Assembly: GCA_032718475.1 (NCBI GenBank)
Contig: JAUCBJ010003915.1
Location: 1 to 37,266, forward strand
Source: Nemertoderma westbladi
Taxonomy: Eukaryota > Animalia > Xenacoelomorpha
Length of the DNA: 37,266 bases
Direction of reading: 5' to 3'
A program made the translations under genes and the position numbers. Shown here one piece after another: positions 23,395-36,868 of the stretch (positions within the stretch are counted from its first letter, which is position 1; every line of letters begins with the position of its first letter). The notes under the pieces are model-generated. The model saw nothing but the letters and a program-made list of their open reading frames with translations. It searched no databases and was not told where the DNA came from.

Positions 23395-23940
23395 TGAAAC
23401 AGTAAATCACAAAGAAGCAACAAACACGAGAGTTGTTAGTTATATTCCACATCATGGAGTAGTTAAGGAGTCCAAGGAATCAACTAAATTAAGGGTAGTT
23501 TTTAACGCATCAGCAAGATCAGCAACAAATGATCTCTCAGTAAATGATTGCTTAGATCCAGGGCCGAATGTTATGCTGAACATTTACGATCAATTGATGC
23601 AATATAGGTTGTATCCTATAGCTATAACAGCCGACATCGAACAGACTTTCCTTCGTTGTAAAATCAATGAAAATGACAGAGATGCCTTGAGCTTCCTTTG
23701 GGTCAGCGATATAAACTCAGTGCAAACCCGAATCCAAGCGTATAGGTACACAAGAGCATTATTTGGATTAACCTCATCCCAAAATATTCCTCATGATGTT
23801 ATACACCACCATTTAGATATTTTTCAATGAACGCATCAGAAAATGAATTTCGAGCAATAAATATATTGATAAATTTATTCGTAGATGACTGAACCACTGG
23901 TTGCAGCAGCATCAAGGAGGACCATCAACTGTTTACTGAT
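23395..23940 (+). pseudogene. pol: Second BEL/Pao element, RT fragment
   Basis: YIPHHGVVKESKESTKLRVVFNASA, DCLDPGPN, ADIEQTFL, DRDALSFLW, FGLTSS, FVDD; contains stops. Confidence 0.92.
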
Positions 23941-25861
23941 AGCCACTGGTTGCAGCAGCATCACGGAGGGCCATCAACTGTTTACTGATAGCCTCTGGTT
24001 GCAGCAGCATCAAGGAGGGCCATTAACTGTTTACTGATAGCCACTGGTTGCAGCAGCATCAAGGAGGGCCATCAACTGTTTACTGATAGCCACTGGTTGC
24101 AGCAGCATCAAGGAGGGCCATTAACTGTTTACTGATAGCCACTGGTTGCAGCAGCATCAAGGAGGACCATCAACTGTTTACTGATAGCCACTGGTTGCAG
24201 CAGCATCAAGGAGGACCATCAACTGTTTACTGAAAGCCACTGGTTGCAGCAGCATCAAGGAGGGCCATTAACTGTTTACTGATAGCCACTGGTTGCAGCT
24301 GCATCAAGGAGGACCATCAACTGTTTACTGATAGCCACTGGTTGCAGCAGCATCAAGGAGGGCCATTAACTGTTTACTGATAGCCACTGGTTGCAGCAGC
24401 ATCAAGGAGGACCATCAACTGTTTACTGATAGCCACTGGTTGCAGCAGCATCAAGGAGGGCCATTAACTGTTTACTGATAGCCACTGGTTGCAGCAGCAT
24501 CAAGGAGGACCATTAACTGTTTACTGATAGCCACTGGTTGCAGCAGCATCAAGGAGGACCATCAACTGTTTACTGATAGCCACTGGTTGCAGCAGCATCA
24601 AGGAGGACCATTAACTGTTTACTGATAGCCACTGGTTGCAGCAGCATCAAGGAGGACCATTAACTGTTTACTGATAGCCACTGGTTGCAGCAGCATCAAG
24701 GAGGACCATTAACTGTTTACTGATAGCCACTGGTTGCAGCAGCATCAAGGAGGGCCATCAACTGTTTACTGATAGCCACTGGTTGCAGCAGCATCAAGGA
24801 GGACCATTAACTGTTTACTGATAGCCACTGGTTGCAGCAGCATCAAGGAGGACCATTAACTGTTTACTGATAGCCACTGGTTGCAGCAGCATCAAGGAGG
24901 ACCATTAACTGTTTACGGATAGCCACTGGTTGCAGCAGCATCAAGGAGGACCATTAACTGTTTACTGATAGCCACTGGTTGCAGCAGCATCAAGGAGGAC
25001 CATTAACTGTTTACTGATAGCCACTGGTTGCAGCAGCATCAAGGAGGGCCATCAACTGTTTACCGATAGCCACTGGGTGCAGCAGCATCAAGGAGGGCCA
25101 TTAACTGTTTACTGATAGCCACTGGTTGCAGCAGCATCAAGGAGGACCATCAACTGTTTACTGATAGCCACTGGTTGCAGCAGCATCAAGGAGGACCATC
25201 AACTGTTTACTGATAGCCACTGGTTGCAGCTGCATCAAGGAGGACCATCAACTGTTTACTGATAGCCACTGGTTGCAGCAGCATCAAGGAGGGCCATCAA
25301 CTGTTTACCGATAGCCACTGGTTGCAGCAGCATCAAGGAGGGCCATTAACTGTTTACTGATAGCCACTGGTTGCAGCAGCATCAAGGAGGACCATCAACT
25401 GTTTACTGATAGCCACTGGTTGCAGCAGCATCAAGGAGGACCATTAACTGTTTACTGATAGCCACTGGTTGCAGCAGCATCAAGGAGGACCATCAACTGT
25501 TTACTGATAGCCACTGGTTGCAGCAGCATCAAGGAGGACCATCAACTGTTTACTGATAGCCACTGGTTGCAGCAGCATCAAGGTGGACCATCAACTGTTT
25601 ACTGATAGCCACTGGTTGCAGCAGCATCAAGGAGGGCCATTAACTGTTTACTGATAGCCACTGGTTGCAGCAGCATCAAGGAGGACCATTAACTGTTTAC
25701 TGATAGCCACTGGTTGCAGCAGCATCAAGGAGGACCATCAACTGTTTACTGATAGCCTCTGGTTGCAGCAGCATCAAGGAGGACCATCAACTGTTTACTG
25801 ATAGCCTCTGGTTGCAGCAGCATCAAGGAGGACCATTAACTGTTTACTGATAGCCACTGGT
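23894..25861 (+). repeat. 49-bp tandem array (~40 copies) derived from BEL RT coding sequence
   Basis: Unit GATAGCCACTGGTTGCAGCAGCATCAAGGAGGACCATCAACTGTTTACT; period measured between 23941 and 23990. Confidence 0.97.
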
Positions 25862-28323
25862 CAGGATTTTATCTCTGGAAATGGATTGTTTTCGGCTGGA
25901 ACCCAGTTCAAGAAGCGAACTGGAAAGCTATGGACTCATAGTGGACCCAGTGGTCACAAGTCCCAGATAGACCATATTCTGTTTCGTAGGAAATACAGGA
26001 GCTCTATACAAGACTGTAATGCATTTACACTTCGACCCTTCTCCAGTGATCACCGCCTTATTGTGGCCAAGGTAAGACTTAGTCTGCGTGCTAGCAGAAC
26101 AACGAAATCTGCCTTGCCGCGGCATGACTGGTCCTCTCTGTTGCAACAGCCAAGTGTGAGATCCAGCTTCACACTACAGCTGAGCAACAGGTATGAGGCT
26201 CTTGCCTCTGAGGCGGCAGATCATTGTGAGGGCTATACTGCCTTTACAGAAGCAGTTAAGTTAGCAGCTGCAGAAACAGTTCCTGTATACCCTCGAAACA
26301 GGAAAAGGGTCCCCTGGACTGACAACAAAATTCAGAAGTGCCGAAATGACCTTCATAAGGCGCAGAAAGAGTCCCGACTCAAACAGACTACAGCGGCCAA
26401 GAATGCAGTAAAAGCTGCATCTAGGTCCCTGAACAGGCAGTACTCTGTTAATCTACAGGAGCTAATAAACCAACAGGTTGATGCCATCAATGATGCTGAC
26501 GACAGCAGGCAATCATCCCAGGCATGGAAATCGATCAATCTGCTTACTGGGCGGAAAAGCCAACCAACCACCAAGGTTAAGGCTGAATCACCAGCCGATC
26601 GCCTCAATGGTTGGAAAGCCCACTTTGAAAAGCTCCTCAATAATGACAGGGTATTGCCTGATAACTTTATAGAAGTAAAAGTGTCTGAGTCTGTACTCCC
26701 AGATATTCCCATTGGCGATATCTCCTTTGCAGAAGTGAAGGCTGCTGCAAAGAGCATTAAGACCAATCGTGCCAGTGGAGTAGATGGTGTTCCCCCTGAG
26801 GTCTTTAAAATACCTGAGTGTTTAAAGCTCATCTATCCCATCATAGTAGACATGTACCGTACAACAAGAGTCCCACAAGAAATGAAAACAAATAAGTTGG
26901 TGCCAGTCCCCAAGAAGGGCAACCTAACACTTTTATTTTATTATATTTTATTATTGCACTCTATGGTTCTTTTCGGGGAATCTCATTGATCTCGATTGCT
27001 GCAAAACTATACAATAGAATTCTATTAAATCGCATCAGGGATCCCATTGAGAGACTGCTACGTGGAAATCAGAATGGGTTCCGTAAAGGTCGTGGGACCA
27101 TGGAGCCCATTTTGGCACTTAGAAGGATAATTGAAGAGATATCAAAAAAGAAAGACAGGCATCTGGCTGTTATCTTTGTTGACTTCTTCAAGGCCTTTGA
27201 TTCAGTCTCTCGCTCACGTATGTTCAGCATACTTTCATTATATGGGATTCCTGATGAAATTATTGCAGCAATCAGATCAGTATACGATGGTTCGACAACA
27301 TTTGTGTCTACTGTTGACGGTGACACAGAACCATTTGAAGTGTTATGGGGCGTACTCCAAGGAGACACGCTTGCACCATTCTTGTTCATTATTGTGGTTG
27401 ACTATGTTCTACGCATGTCCTTAGATCGTCATAATGATGATGGGGTGATGATAACTCCACCTACTGGCTCCAGAAGTCGAGGAAATCCTGCCAAGTACCT
27501 AACTGATCTAGACTTTGCTGATGACTTAGGAGTACTCTCAGAATCATTAGAGGGAGCCCAGCGGCTCCTCAGCTCATTAGAACATGCTGCTTCTAGTGTT
27601 GGTCTTTTTATCAACTCCAGAAAGACCAAAATTCTGACAGTTAACTTTGAAAGTCCTCAGCAAGTCTCTGATCGGATGAGCATAAGCTCAAAGGATGGTA
27701 TGCTTGAGCATGTGGACGACTTCTGTTACCTGGGATCATGGATCCGGAAGTCAGGTGAGGACCTTCGAATACGTAAGGGAAAGGCATGGGCAGCCTTGAA
27801 TAGGCTTTCCAGGATTTGGAAGTCACCTAGAATTAATCGGAAACTTAAGGTCCGATTATTTAGAGCTTCAGTAGTTCCAGTACTCCTCTACGGGAGTCCA
27901 TGCTGGGCTCTAACTGCTGAGGACACCAAATCTCTGGATGGCACATTCACAAGAATGCTACGCCGGGTACATTGTGTCAAGTACAATGCACACATCTCCA
28001 ACCAGACACTATATAACATTGGAGGTGTCTCATTGGTTCCCCCAAGCTTGACACTAGAACAAAATCGCCTCCGCTTTGCAGGACATTGCTTTCGCCGTGA
28101 GGACCAGCCAGTGCATAATCTTGTACTTTGGCAGCCTCATGGAGTGAATAAGCATGGTGGACAGCCCATGACTTTCTTGAGACGCATCTTAAAGGACACT
28201 GGCCTTAAACATGCGGATGATCTAGCAAATGTCATGGGTGATAGGGAGTTGTGGCGGTGCAATTTTGTTGACAAGCCGGCACAGCATTCTTAAAAATGCA
28301 GCTGCAATGCAGCATGCCGATCC

Positions 28324-28377
<54 letters not shown>
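25862..28377 (+). mobile_element. Longest RTE family A copy (partial APE endonuclease plus RT), 5'-truncated, inserted in the 49-bp array
   Basis: SQIDHIL, SDHRL, QNGFRKGR, FVDFFKAFDSV, GVLQGD, FADD; long (TAG)n tail at 28324-28377; TSD ATAGCCACTGGT at 25850-25861 and 28378-28389; frameshift near 26930-26970. Confidence 0.97.
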
Positions 28378-28527
28378 ATAGCCACTGGTTGCAGCAGCAT
28401 CAAGGAGGACCATTAACTGTTTACTGATAGCCACTGGTTGCAGCAGCATCAAGGAGGGCCATCAACTGTTTACTGATAGCCTCTGGTTGCAGCAGCATCA
28501 AGGAGGACCATCAACTGTTTACTGATG
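28378..28527 (+). repeat. Remaining ~3 copies of the 49-bp array
   Basis: Same unit as 23894-25861. Confidence 0.95.
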
Positions 28528-28612
28528 CTCGTAACATATTAAGCAAAGGCGGTTTCAACATACGCAGATGGAGAACAAATAATCCTGATTTGCAACATCG
28601 ATTTGATACTTA
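28528..28612 (+). pseudogene. pol: BEL-2 RT continuation
   Basis: ARNILSKGGFNIRRWRTNNPDL, homologous to LQRGGFRLTKFTSN in BEL-1. Confidence 0.85.
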
Positions 28613-28627
28613 GATATTTGATACTTA

Positions 28628-31440
28628 GAGGTATTTTGCTCGTGGTATCTCTAGTGTTGATCTGAGTGACAGACTCCTACATGGTAGACCATACGGTGGT
28701 CTAGCGATTTTGTATAGAAAAGAAATTGCAAATTGTATTACGTGCATTTCCTACAATGAAGAACGGTTATATGGGATAAAAATATCTCTGCCAAATGATC
28801 AAGAAGTATTATTTATAAATGTTTATTTCCCATATAAATGTGCTGAAAACGATGATGAATTTTTAAACTGCCTCGGCAAGTTGGGAGCTATTTTTGACAG
28901 CGCGGAAACAAATTTTTGCATTGCTATTGGCGATTTTAATGCTGATGTAAATACAGATTACTTTAATTATATTAATTCTTGGTGTATAGACTCTAATTGT
29001 ACTGTAAGGGATGTAGACCTACTTGGTAATACAACTTTTACATTTGTTAGTGCCTCCCATGGTTCTACCTCATGGTTAGACCATGTAGTTTGCACAGAGG
29101 CAGCAGCAACACTTATTTCTCATATAGAAGTTGACTATAACTTGGCTATTTCCGACCATATGCCGCTCCTCACCCATTTCAGTATACCTGGTATCACGGG
29201 TGTTCGAGCACAGCACGGCGAGAAAAATAATCAGAACCACTATCAGAACCCGGTCAGTTGTGATTGGTCTAAAGCGAATGCAGCTGATCGCGTAGCTTAT
29301 AGTCAACGTCTAGCCAAACGTCTAGATGATTTATGTGTGCCTGTAGACTCTGTTAATTGTAGAAATGTAAATTGCTCCTCATTGGAGCATGCAGATGCAA
29401 TTAATACATATTATTCTGAAATTGTAAAAGCGATCCAGGGTGCTTCCAGTGAGTGCCTGCCAAAACGTAAGACGGATAAAACGGCAGAAAAGGTTACCTA
29501 CATACCTGGCTGGAATGATATATTGAAACATAGATATGAATTTTCACGTTTATGCTTTAGGATCTGGCGCGCTCACGGGTGCCCTAGAACTGGAGTGATT
29601 TTCTCAGAATATATGTCATCGAAACTGCATTTTAAACGTGCAATGAGAGAGTGTAAACGCAATGATAAAAAGTTGCGGGCGGACAAGTTAGCTGACTCTC
29701 TTTATAGCGATAAGAGCAATGAGTTTTGGAAAAATGTCACCAAAGAATGTTGCAATTCGGTGCCTCTATCTAGTAAAGTAGGTGAGGCAGTTGGTGAACC
29801 AGATATCGCTAACTATTTTAAGGATAAGTTCAGTGCTTTATTTAATTCAGTGCATAATGATAAAGATAAAGTTCTTGTTGATCGTGCTTTAGGTAACATG
29901 TCTTTCGATCTAGAAATGATAGTTAATACGGATGAGGTTAATGAAGCTATAAAAAAACTTGCTTCTGGTAAGGCGGCAGGCCCAGACGGCCTTTCCGCCG
30001 AACATTATAAATACGCTTCAGGTAATTTGACCGTACATTTAGCAAATATTTATACGTTTATTAATATTCATGGTTCAATGCCTCCAGAGTGTATAGTTTC
30101 TGATTTGATACCGTTAGTTAAAGATAGAAATGGCGACATCACGGACGGCGATAATTATCGTGGAATTATTCTTTCCACTATATCTAGCAAATTGCTGGAG
30201 CATGTATATTTAGAAAAAATATCAGATTACCTATACACAACGGACTCACAATTCGGTTTTAAAAAGGAGTTGGGCACGGAGCTAGCCATATACACCCTAA
30301 AGGAAATTATACAATTTTACCTAGATAATGACAGCCCTATATGTGTGCTTTTTAGACTCATCCAAGGCTTTTGACCTCGTAAATCATTATAAACTTTTTA
30401 GTAAATTGATTGAACGGAAAGTGCCGTTGTATTTAGTTCGTGTTATGGTTTATTGGTATCGTTTTCAGTGTATAAGCGTGAGATGGGGGGGTTTCCATTC
30501 CATCCCATTTTTTGTTACTAATGGTACTAAACAGGGTGGAATTCTTTCCCCTTTATTCTATAATGTTTATTTATATGATTTAAGCTTAGAATTTGATGCT
30601 AACAATGTAGGTTGTCAAATTGGTAATCATAGGGCGAACCATTGCATGTATGCGGACGATCTCACTGTGTTATCAAACTCCGCATATGGCATGAATAAGC
30701 TATTACGTATATTTGAGGACTATACAAAATTACATTCAATCAAGATTAACGTGAAAAAGTCCAAATTAATGTGTTTTGTGCCGAAATCGAATACAAGTAT
30801 TGTAACAACAAAATTTAATATAAATGGTGTTATGTTAGAACAAGTAGATCAATTTAAGTATCTAGGCCATATTATTCATGCTTCCACAGATGACGGGCAT
30901 GACATTATCAATCAGTTACATGCACTTTATAGACGTGGCAATATGTTAATTAGGAAATTTGGTGTCTGCTCGATTAATGTAAAACGGAAACTATTTTTAG
31001 CTTTCTGTTCACAATTCTATTGTAACTCATTATGGGCTCGCCGCAATTTTGACGCAAGATTATACAACAAATTTAGAGTGGGTTATAACAATATAGCTAG
31101 GAAATTATTTGGGTATAAATATGACTGCAGTGTATCGCTAATGTTTGGCGAGCTTAACTTGTGCAAATTCATTCACGTACGGTATAACGCAATTCGATCA
31201 CTATGGTCACGCATCGAAAGTTCTACAAATATTTTAGTGCAAACAATATCGGAAGTGACAGCCCCTTCAAGCAGAATACGTGAAATGATAAATATGGATT
31301 TTTAGAACTTTGAAATAGACTCTATTCATTATACGTATATTTTACTATTAAATTGTGCTGTGATCTAATAATTATATTATTGTAATTTGTAATTTATGTT
31401 AATTATGGGCCTCCAGGCCTGGATTAAAAAGAAATATAAC
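28628..31440 (+). mobile_element. Non-LTR retrotransposon ORF2 (APE plus RT), RTEX/Proto2-like, 5'-truncated, one frameshift
   Basis: GRPYGGLAIL, NVYFP, GDFNA, WLDH, SDHMP, IPGWN, NYRGI, QFGFK, then a frameshift at ~30340, FLDSSKAFD, KQGGILSP, YADD; AT-rich 3' UTR. Clade assignment is tentative. Confidence 0.9.
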
Positions 31441-31444
31441 TTAA

Positions 31445-31780
31445 CCCACGCACGCCCGTTATTCCACAAGTAGGTGACATATGTATTTTAGAAGATCGTA
31501 AAATTCCGAGATGCTTGTGGAAATTGTGTAGAGTAAATGAATTGATAGTTAGCAAAGACGGACAAATACGGGCTGCTCACATATACATAGAAAGAAAGCC
31601 GCTCGTACTCTCAAACGCTCAATAAAGCAACTCATACCATTGGAAATAAATCAGCACGATCATAACATTATCAAGGAGGGAGACATTACTAGAGTAAAGT
31701 CAGTCCAAAATAGAGACATCAAACCGAAACGCGAATGTGAAGTGCTGGAACATTCAGTTATACCTCGTAATGCCAAGAAG
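31445..31780 (+). pseudogene. pol: BEL-2 pol C-terminus (DUF5641-like)
   Basis: PQVGDICILEDRKIPRCLWKLCRVNELIVSKDGQIRAA ... KRSIKQLIPLE. Confidence 0.82.
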
Positions 31781-31914
31781 TAAGGGTCAGATACACCTTT
31801 AAAAAAACCTACCAAGGAAGCTTGAGTTTGAAGTTATTTTAACTGTATCGTAGTATATAATTGTAGTATCATGGTGAATATTTTATGTATTATATTTGCG
31901 TAGTCAGTGACAGA

Positions 31915-32640
31915 GATTCAAAGCTTCTACTAAATAAAGTGGAGAGGGCTGCTAAGGAGGTTGGATTGCATATAAATGCTACAAAGACCGAATTCATGAT
32001 TTTTAATGTTGATGCGGAAACTTAACAACCATTGATAATAATCAACTAAGGAAGGTTGACGACTTCCAGTACATAGGATCATGGATAGAGAGTAGCAAAA
32101 AGGACATAGAAGTTAGGAAAGCAAAGGCTTGGGTAGCTCTATCAAAAATGGATATCCGCCTGGAAATCAGATCTCTCCAGGCACCTGAAGACTAAGTTCT
32201 TTCGAGCCACAGTGGAAAGTGTATTTTTATACGGGGGTGAGACCTGGACAGTGGACACTGACTAAATCACTTGAACAACGAATTTATGGTTGCTACACAA
32301 GACTACTAAAGGCAGCCCTAAACATCAGCTGGAGACAACACATGACAAACGCCGAGCTGTATGGTACAATACCACCTGTATCAACCACCCTCCGTGAACG
32401 CAGATTAAGATTCAGTGGGCACTGCTGGCGAAATAAAGACGAGGTCATACCAGATCTACTTTTCTGGCAACCAACTCATGGAAAGCGTAGTCGTGGACGA
32501 CCGGCCATAACATATATAGATCAACTTTAAAGGGATAATGAACTTGGGAGAAACGAAATTGCGACAACTATGGAGAATCGGGAAGCCTGGAAGGATCTCA
32601 TTTCCACTGTCCAAGTTCGCTCAACCTAGTAGTAGTAGTA
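31915..32640 (+). mobile_element. 5'-truncated RTE family B copy
   Basis: VERAAKEVGLHINATKTEFM, DDFQYIGSWI, GHCWR; TAGTAGTAGTAGTA tail; contains frameshifts. Confidence 0.93.
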
Positions 32641-33669
32641 CATATATTTATTTCACCTTGGCTATATACCACTGAACAATCACTCCTAATCAAAATACAA
32701 ATATAAATCCGAAATATAAAATAGTCTGGGGTATGTGTATGTATGCGCATTTCTTATGAAAAAATTTATTTTGTGTTTTAGGTATAGAAATCAGAACTAA
32801 CAATATTTTAAAGATAATTGACATTTGTATTGAAATATCGGTTAGTAGTGGCTTATAAATAATACTTGGGTTCAGGGGCTGCTAGCTGTGTGAACAGATG
32901 TTGGGAAGACAGTCTGTAAGGAAGTCTACTGGAAGGGAAACCAATTTGAGTAATTCTTACTGGTGCGCATCAGGTATAAAGAAGCAAGCTTGTTTAGGGG
33001 GTGGCTGTGAGAAATGTTGTTCCTCTATAAGAGGCATACCCTATTATACCAGCCTAAACTGTATATTCAAAACTAAACCAATAATATTATACTGTAGTAC
33101 TGTAGTAGGCCTGCCTATATTACTAGCTAAATTATTTTAATAATTTTCCTAAACACTGCTTTACTATATTTTTCTGCTTAATGTACCGCAGTACCGGTAA
33201 TTTGATGTTGTTATTTCCACCTGGAACCTCAACTTTTATTTCAAGGAAAATAAATAAAATAAATCACATAATTATCTGGTACCTTTTCTTATGCTGGGAA
33301 ATACAGTAAATACAGTAATACAGTAATCTTAAACCATAAAACGTCACCTTAGAGCGGGATAGAAAGCCAATATAGAGAATTATATCAATTTCAATTTGTG
33401 ATGAAGTTATAATTCCAAGTCTATATAATTAATTAATAATAATGAATAATACAAAGGTTGTTGTTCAACTACCGTCACTTATCAATATGAAGACCAATAT
33501 TGATTAATGATACATTGACCAACAATGGTATAAAGTCATCCTCGAGAACAGTTAACATATATTTAATTTAGATAATTTTAATAATCAAACAAATAATACA
33601 CAACGACAAGATAACACTACCGTTATTATGAATTTCCTGTGATACAACACTGCCTGCCGCCACTGCCTC

Positions 33670-33750
33670 TTCTTATGAGGAATCCAATGCTGCCATTAAA
33701 AGTTTTTAAGGTTAACCTGAAGAATCACCTTTTTAACAACTATTTTAACT
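33670..33750 (+). mobile_element. Possible CR1/L2-group LINE 3' remnant
   Basis: LKVFKVNLKNHLF* resembles the FK..LK.HLF ORF2 terminus; very short. Confidence 0.3.
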
Positions 33751-33907
33751 CATAAATCGTTTTTATTTGATTTTAACATGGATTTACTTCAGATCAATAT
33801 TCATGCGCATAGATAGATAGATATGTTTATTGGCAATTTAGATACACGATACAAATATATCAAATATAATACCGCACAAAACCTTTACGATAATTAGTTA
33901 TTGACAC

Positions 33908-35328
33908 AGTGCCTGCTTGACCTTACGAAGGCATTTGATATGGTCGAGTGGCAATCATTATTTTTAGAATTATTAGATAAGGGGTTTTCGCCACTTTTTC
34001 TGCGTGCACTAATTTCGATGTACAAAGGTCAGTGCGGTTTCGTTAGATGGGGTTCTGCCTGCTCCACTACTTTTAGTATTTCAAATGGCGTTAAACAAGG
34101 CTCGGTGGCTTCCCCGATTTTGTTTTGTGTTTTGATAAATAAATTAATTGTACGGCTAAGAGAAAGTAAGATTGGTTGTCATTTAGGTTCTAGATACCTT
34201 GGTGTTTTCGTATATGCAGATGATATTTTTCTTTTGTGTCCATCTATTATTGGTTTACAAAAGATGATTTCGACATGTGATAATTTTGCTAAAGAATTTA
34301 ATATGTGCTTTAGTACAAATGTAGATGCTAGTAAAAGCAAGTCGAAGTGTATCCCCTTTGGTTTTAATTGGAACCCACCCGGTGCTAAGGTTTATATTCG
34401 TTCTGTTTATTTGCCATGGGTTAAAGAGGCCACGCATTTGGGTAACATATTTGATTCAGGTTGTAAGTTCAGTAGCAATATTTTACGTAAAAGGGGAATA
34501 TTTATTGGTAGGTTGAATTGTTTAAGGCAAGAATTCATGTTTGCACATCCATATAGTTTATCAAAAATTCAGCGAATTTATACAACGAGTTTTTATGGGA
34601 GTAACCTTTGGGACCTTTGGGGGGATTCTTGCCGTAAAATGGTAACTAGCTGGAATATTAATATGCGATTAGTTTGGGGACTTCCATATAATTCTCATAG
34701 ATTTTTGGTAGAGGGTTTGATCGATTTTCCGTATCCGTTATCTATGTTGTGCAGTCGTTTTGTAACTTTTGCAAAGTCGTTATTAACTTCTGATAAACCA
34801 TCTATTCGTTTTCTTGGTAATGTTACTCTATTTGATTGTAGGTCCGTCAGTGGCTCTAATTTGAGACACATCGCTGATAAGTGTAAAGTTCGTTTTAATG
34901 ATTTATCGTCCAAACTTTGCAATAACGTTTCTTGGTTTACCTCCCACGAACATTTACCAGTTATTAATATGTGCCGTGAATTAATTGAGTGCAGAGTTAG
35001 TGGCGCAGAAACCTTTATTCCTGGTTTTGATAGATCTGAATTGGATGACATTCTCAATTATATTTCCACGAATTGACTTGTTTATTAATAATTGTTCATT
35101 TTGTTTATTCATACTGTTAGCTCTTTGTTAGGTTTAGTTATAATAGTTTACAGATACTAATTTCAAATCAGTTAGGTGTTTGGTTTGTACACATATTTAC
35201 ACTAACTAATTTACCCTGTGCATCATTATTAACATCATTCCTTATATATCGTGTGCTTTGTTGGTCCTGTATGTATGCTGTACTAGATTTATTTTCTATG
35301 TACGAAATTAAATTAAATAAAATAAATT
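33908..35328 (+). mobile_element. 5'-truncated LINE RT (Proto2/RTEX-like), a family distinct from 28628-31440
   Basis: LLDLTKAFDMV, NGVKQGSVASP, YADD; open to the stop at 35076; T-rich UTR ending in TAAA-type repeats. Confidence 0.9.
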
Positions 35329-36309
35329 ATATATATAAATTTTCCAGTAGATTTTTTGATCAATTGTCGATCTAGAGATATTGATTAAATAATAATGTAA
35401 ATATGTAATGTAATGTATATATACATACATACATATTATTAATATTGTTGGCAGTTATTGTGTGACATTCTTATAATTATTGTTAATAATTGTGGTATAA
35501 TTGTTGTTCGTTTCAGAAAGTATCACCAAAGCCATACTATTATACTACAAACCAGATAACTATTAACATACAGTAATTTTGTAAAAATTTGATTATATAC
35601 TTTTACTTGTGACCCACGTTATTTTATAGCACTCGCTGAAGCTCGTGTAATACACCCACTCAGGTCAGAATACTAAAAAGTGCTACTTTCTCAAAAGTAA
35701 ATATATAATTTTCCCTACTTCTAGGAACTTTTGCAGTTCTAGTAAAATAACAAGTACAATGTGGGCATTTAGTTCATGATGGATAATATTTCACATAATA
35801 TATATTACACGAGTCCATAATGGCCTATTTCTGCCCACAGTTCACTGAGTTCAGGATGATTATGATTTTCTTTTATTTCGCATTATCAATAATTACCACT
35901 GTGTAATGCCAGTTTATTCGCCAATTACCCCATTTAGTACTTTTGACTGGCATCCTTGCAAAACACACACGCAAGTCGAACTCCTCAAATGTTGGACAAT
36001 TGATGCCAAAATCCTGCAGGGTGCTACTGTTAAATTAGTAGTCAATTGAACCAATGTTAGACGCCTCATGAAACTTCAGTACAATAGTTTAGATTGTGGG
36101 TATATGTTCGCTACTTTGTATCATCACGTATAAAGGAGTCACCTCTTGTGAATCTGGTTGATGGTGTCATGAAAAAAAATCTGTAAAACCATTGATTCAA
36201 TAGTAGAAACCACAGCTGCCCTAAGGCTTTCACCGACAACTGAGCCAATTAGCACATTGTCAACCATTACTGTAAAGAACTAATGAACAATCACCATCTG
36301 ATTAAGCTG

Positions 36310-36868
36310 ATGGGAAGTCTGCTCTATCATCGATCAGTTATCCATGATCTGGACTCGCTGTGATATCTCATGCTCTTTTAAGTTTCGTATTTTCCGTGCA
36401 GCAGTGGAGCCTGTGCTGCTCAATGACAGCCCATACTGGGCTCTAACTGCTGAAGACACCAGGTCTCTGTTTGTTAAATATACTAATACCAGGATCGTAT
36501 GCATGCTGCAACATTACCTATGATGCACAATGCACACATAAGGAACGAGGTGTTATATAACTATATCAACATCTCATCGCCAAGACACAGCTTCGCGTTG
36601 CAGAGACGCCTCATGAAGCTTGTTGTGCACTTTTTCTGCCGTCAGGATCAACTTGCATTCAAACTTGTTGTGTCTGTGTTGTGACTGCTGGTGAGAATAG
36701 ACGTGGTGCACAACCAATGACTCTTCCTCAGAAGCTGCTCAAGGACACCGGACTTCAGAACAGGAATGCACAAGGTAGGAAGTATACGGCTGACCGTGGG
36801 GTCTGGGGCGTCATGTTGCTGGGTCTGCCGGCACTGCCCCCTAGTGCATGTCGATCCTAGTAGTAGTA
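36310..36868 (+). mobile_element. Old diverged RTE (family C, related to A), 3' fragment
   Basis: FRIFRAAVEPVLL..PYWALTAEDTRSL, LLKDTGL; ends GCATGTCGATCCTAGTAGTAG like family A. Confidence 0.85.

Noticed and set aside
28324-28377. Telomeric repeat or poly-Leu ORF
   Set aside because: It is the (TAG)n tail of the RTE copy.
35880-36300. Moderately GC-rich segment that might be a decayed gene
   Set aside because: No long ORF or recognisable motif in the frames examined.
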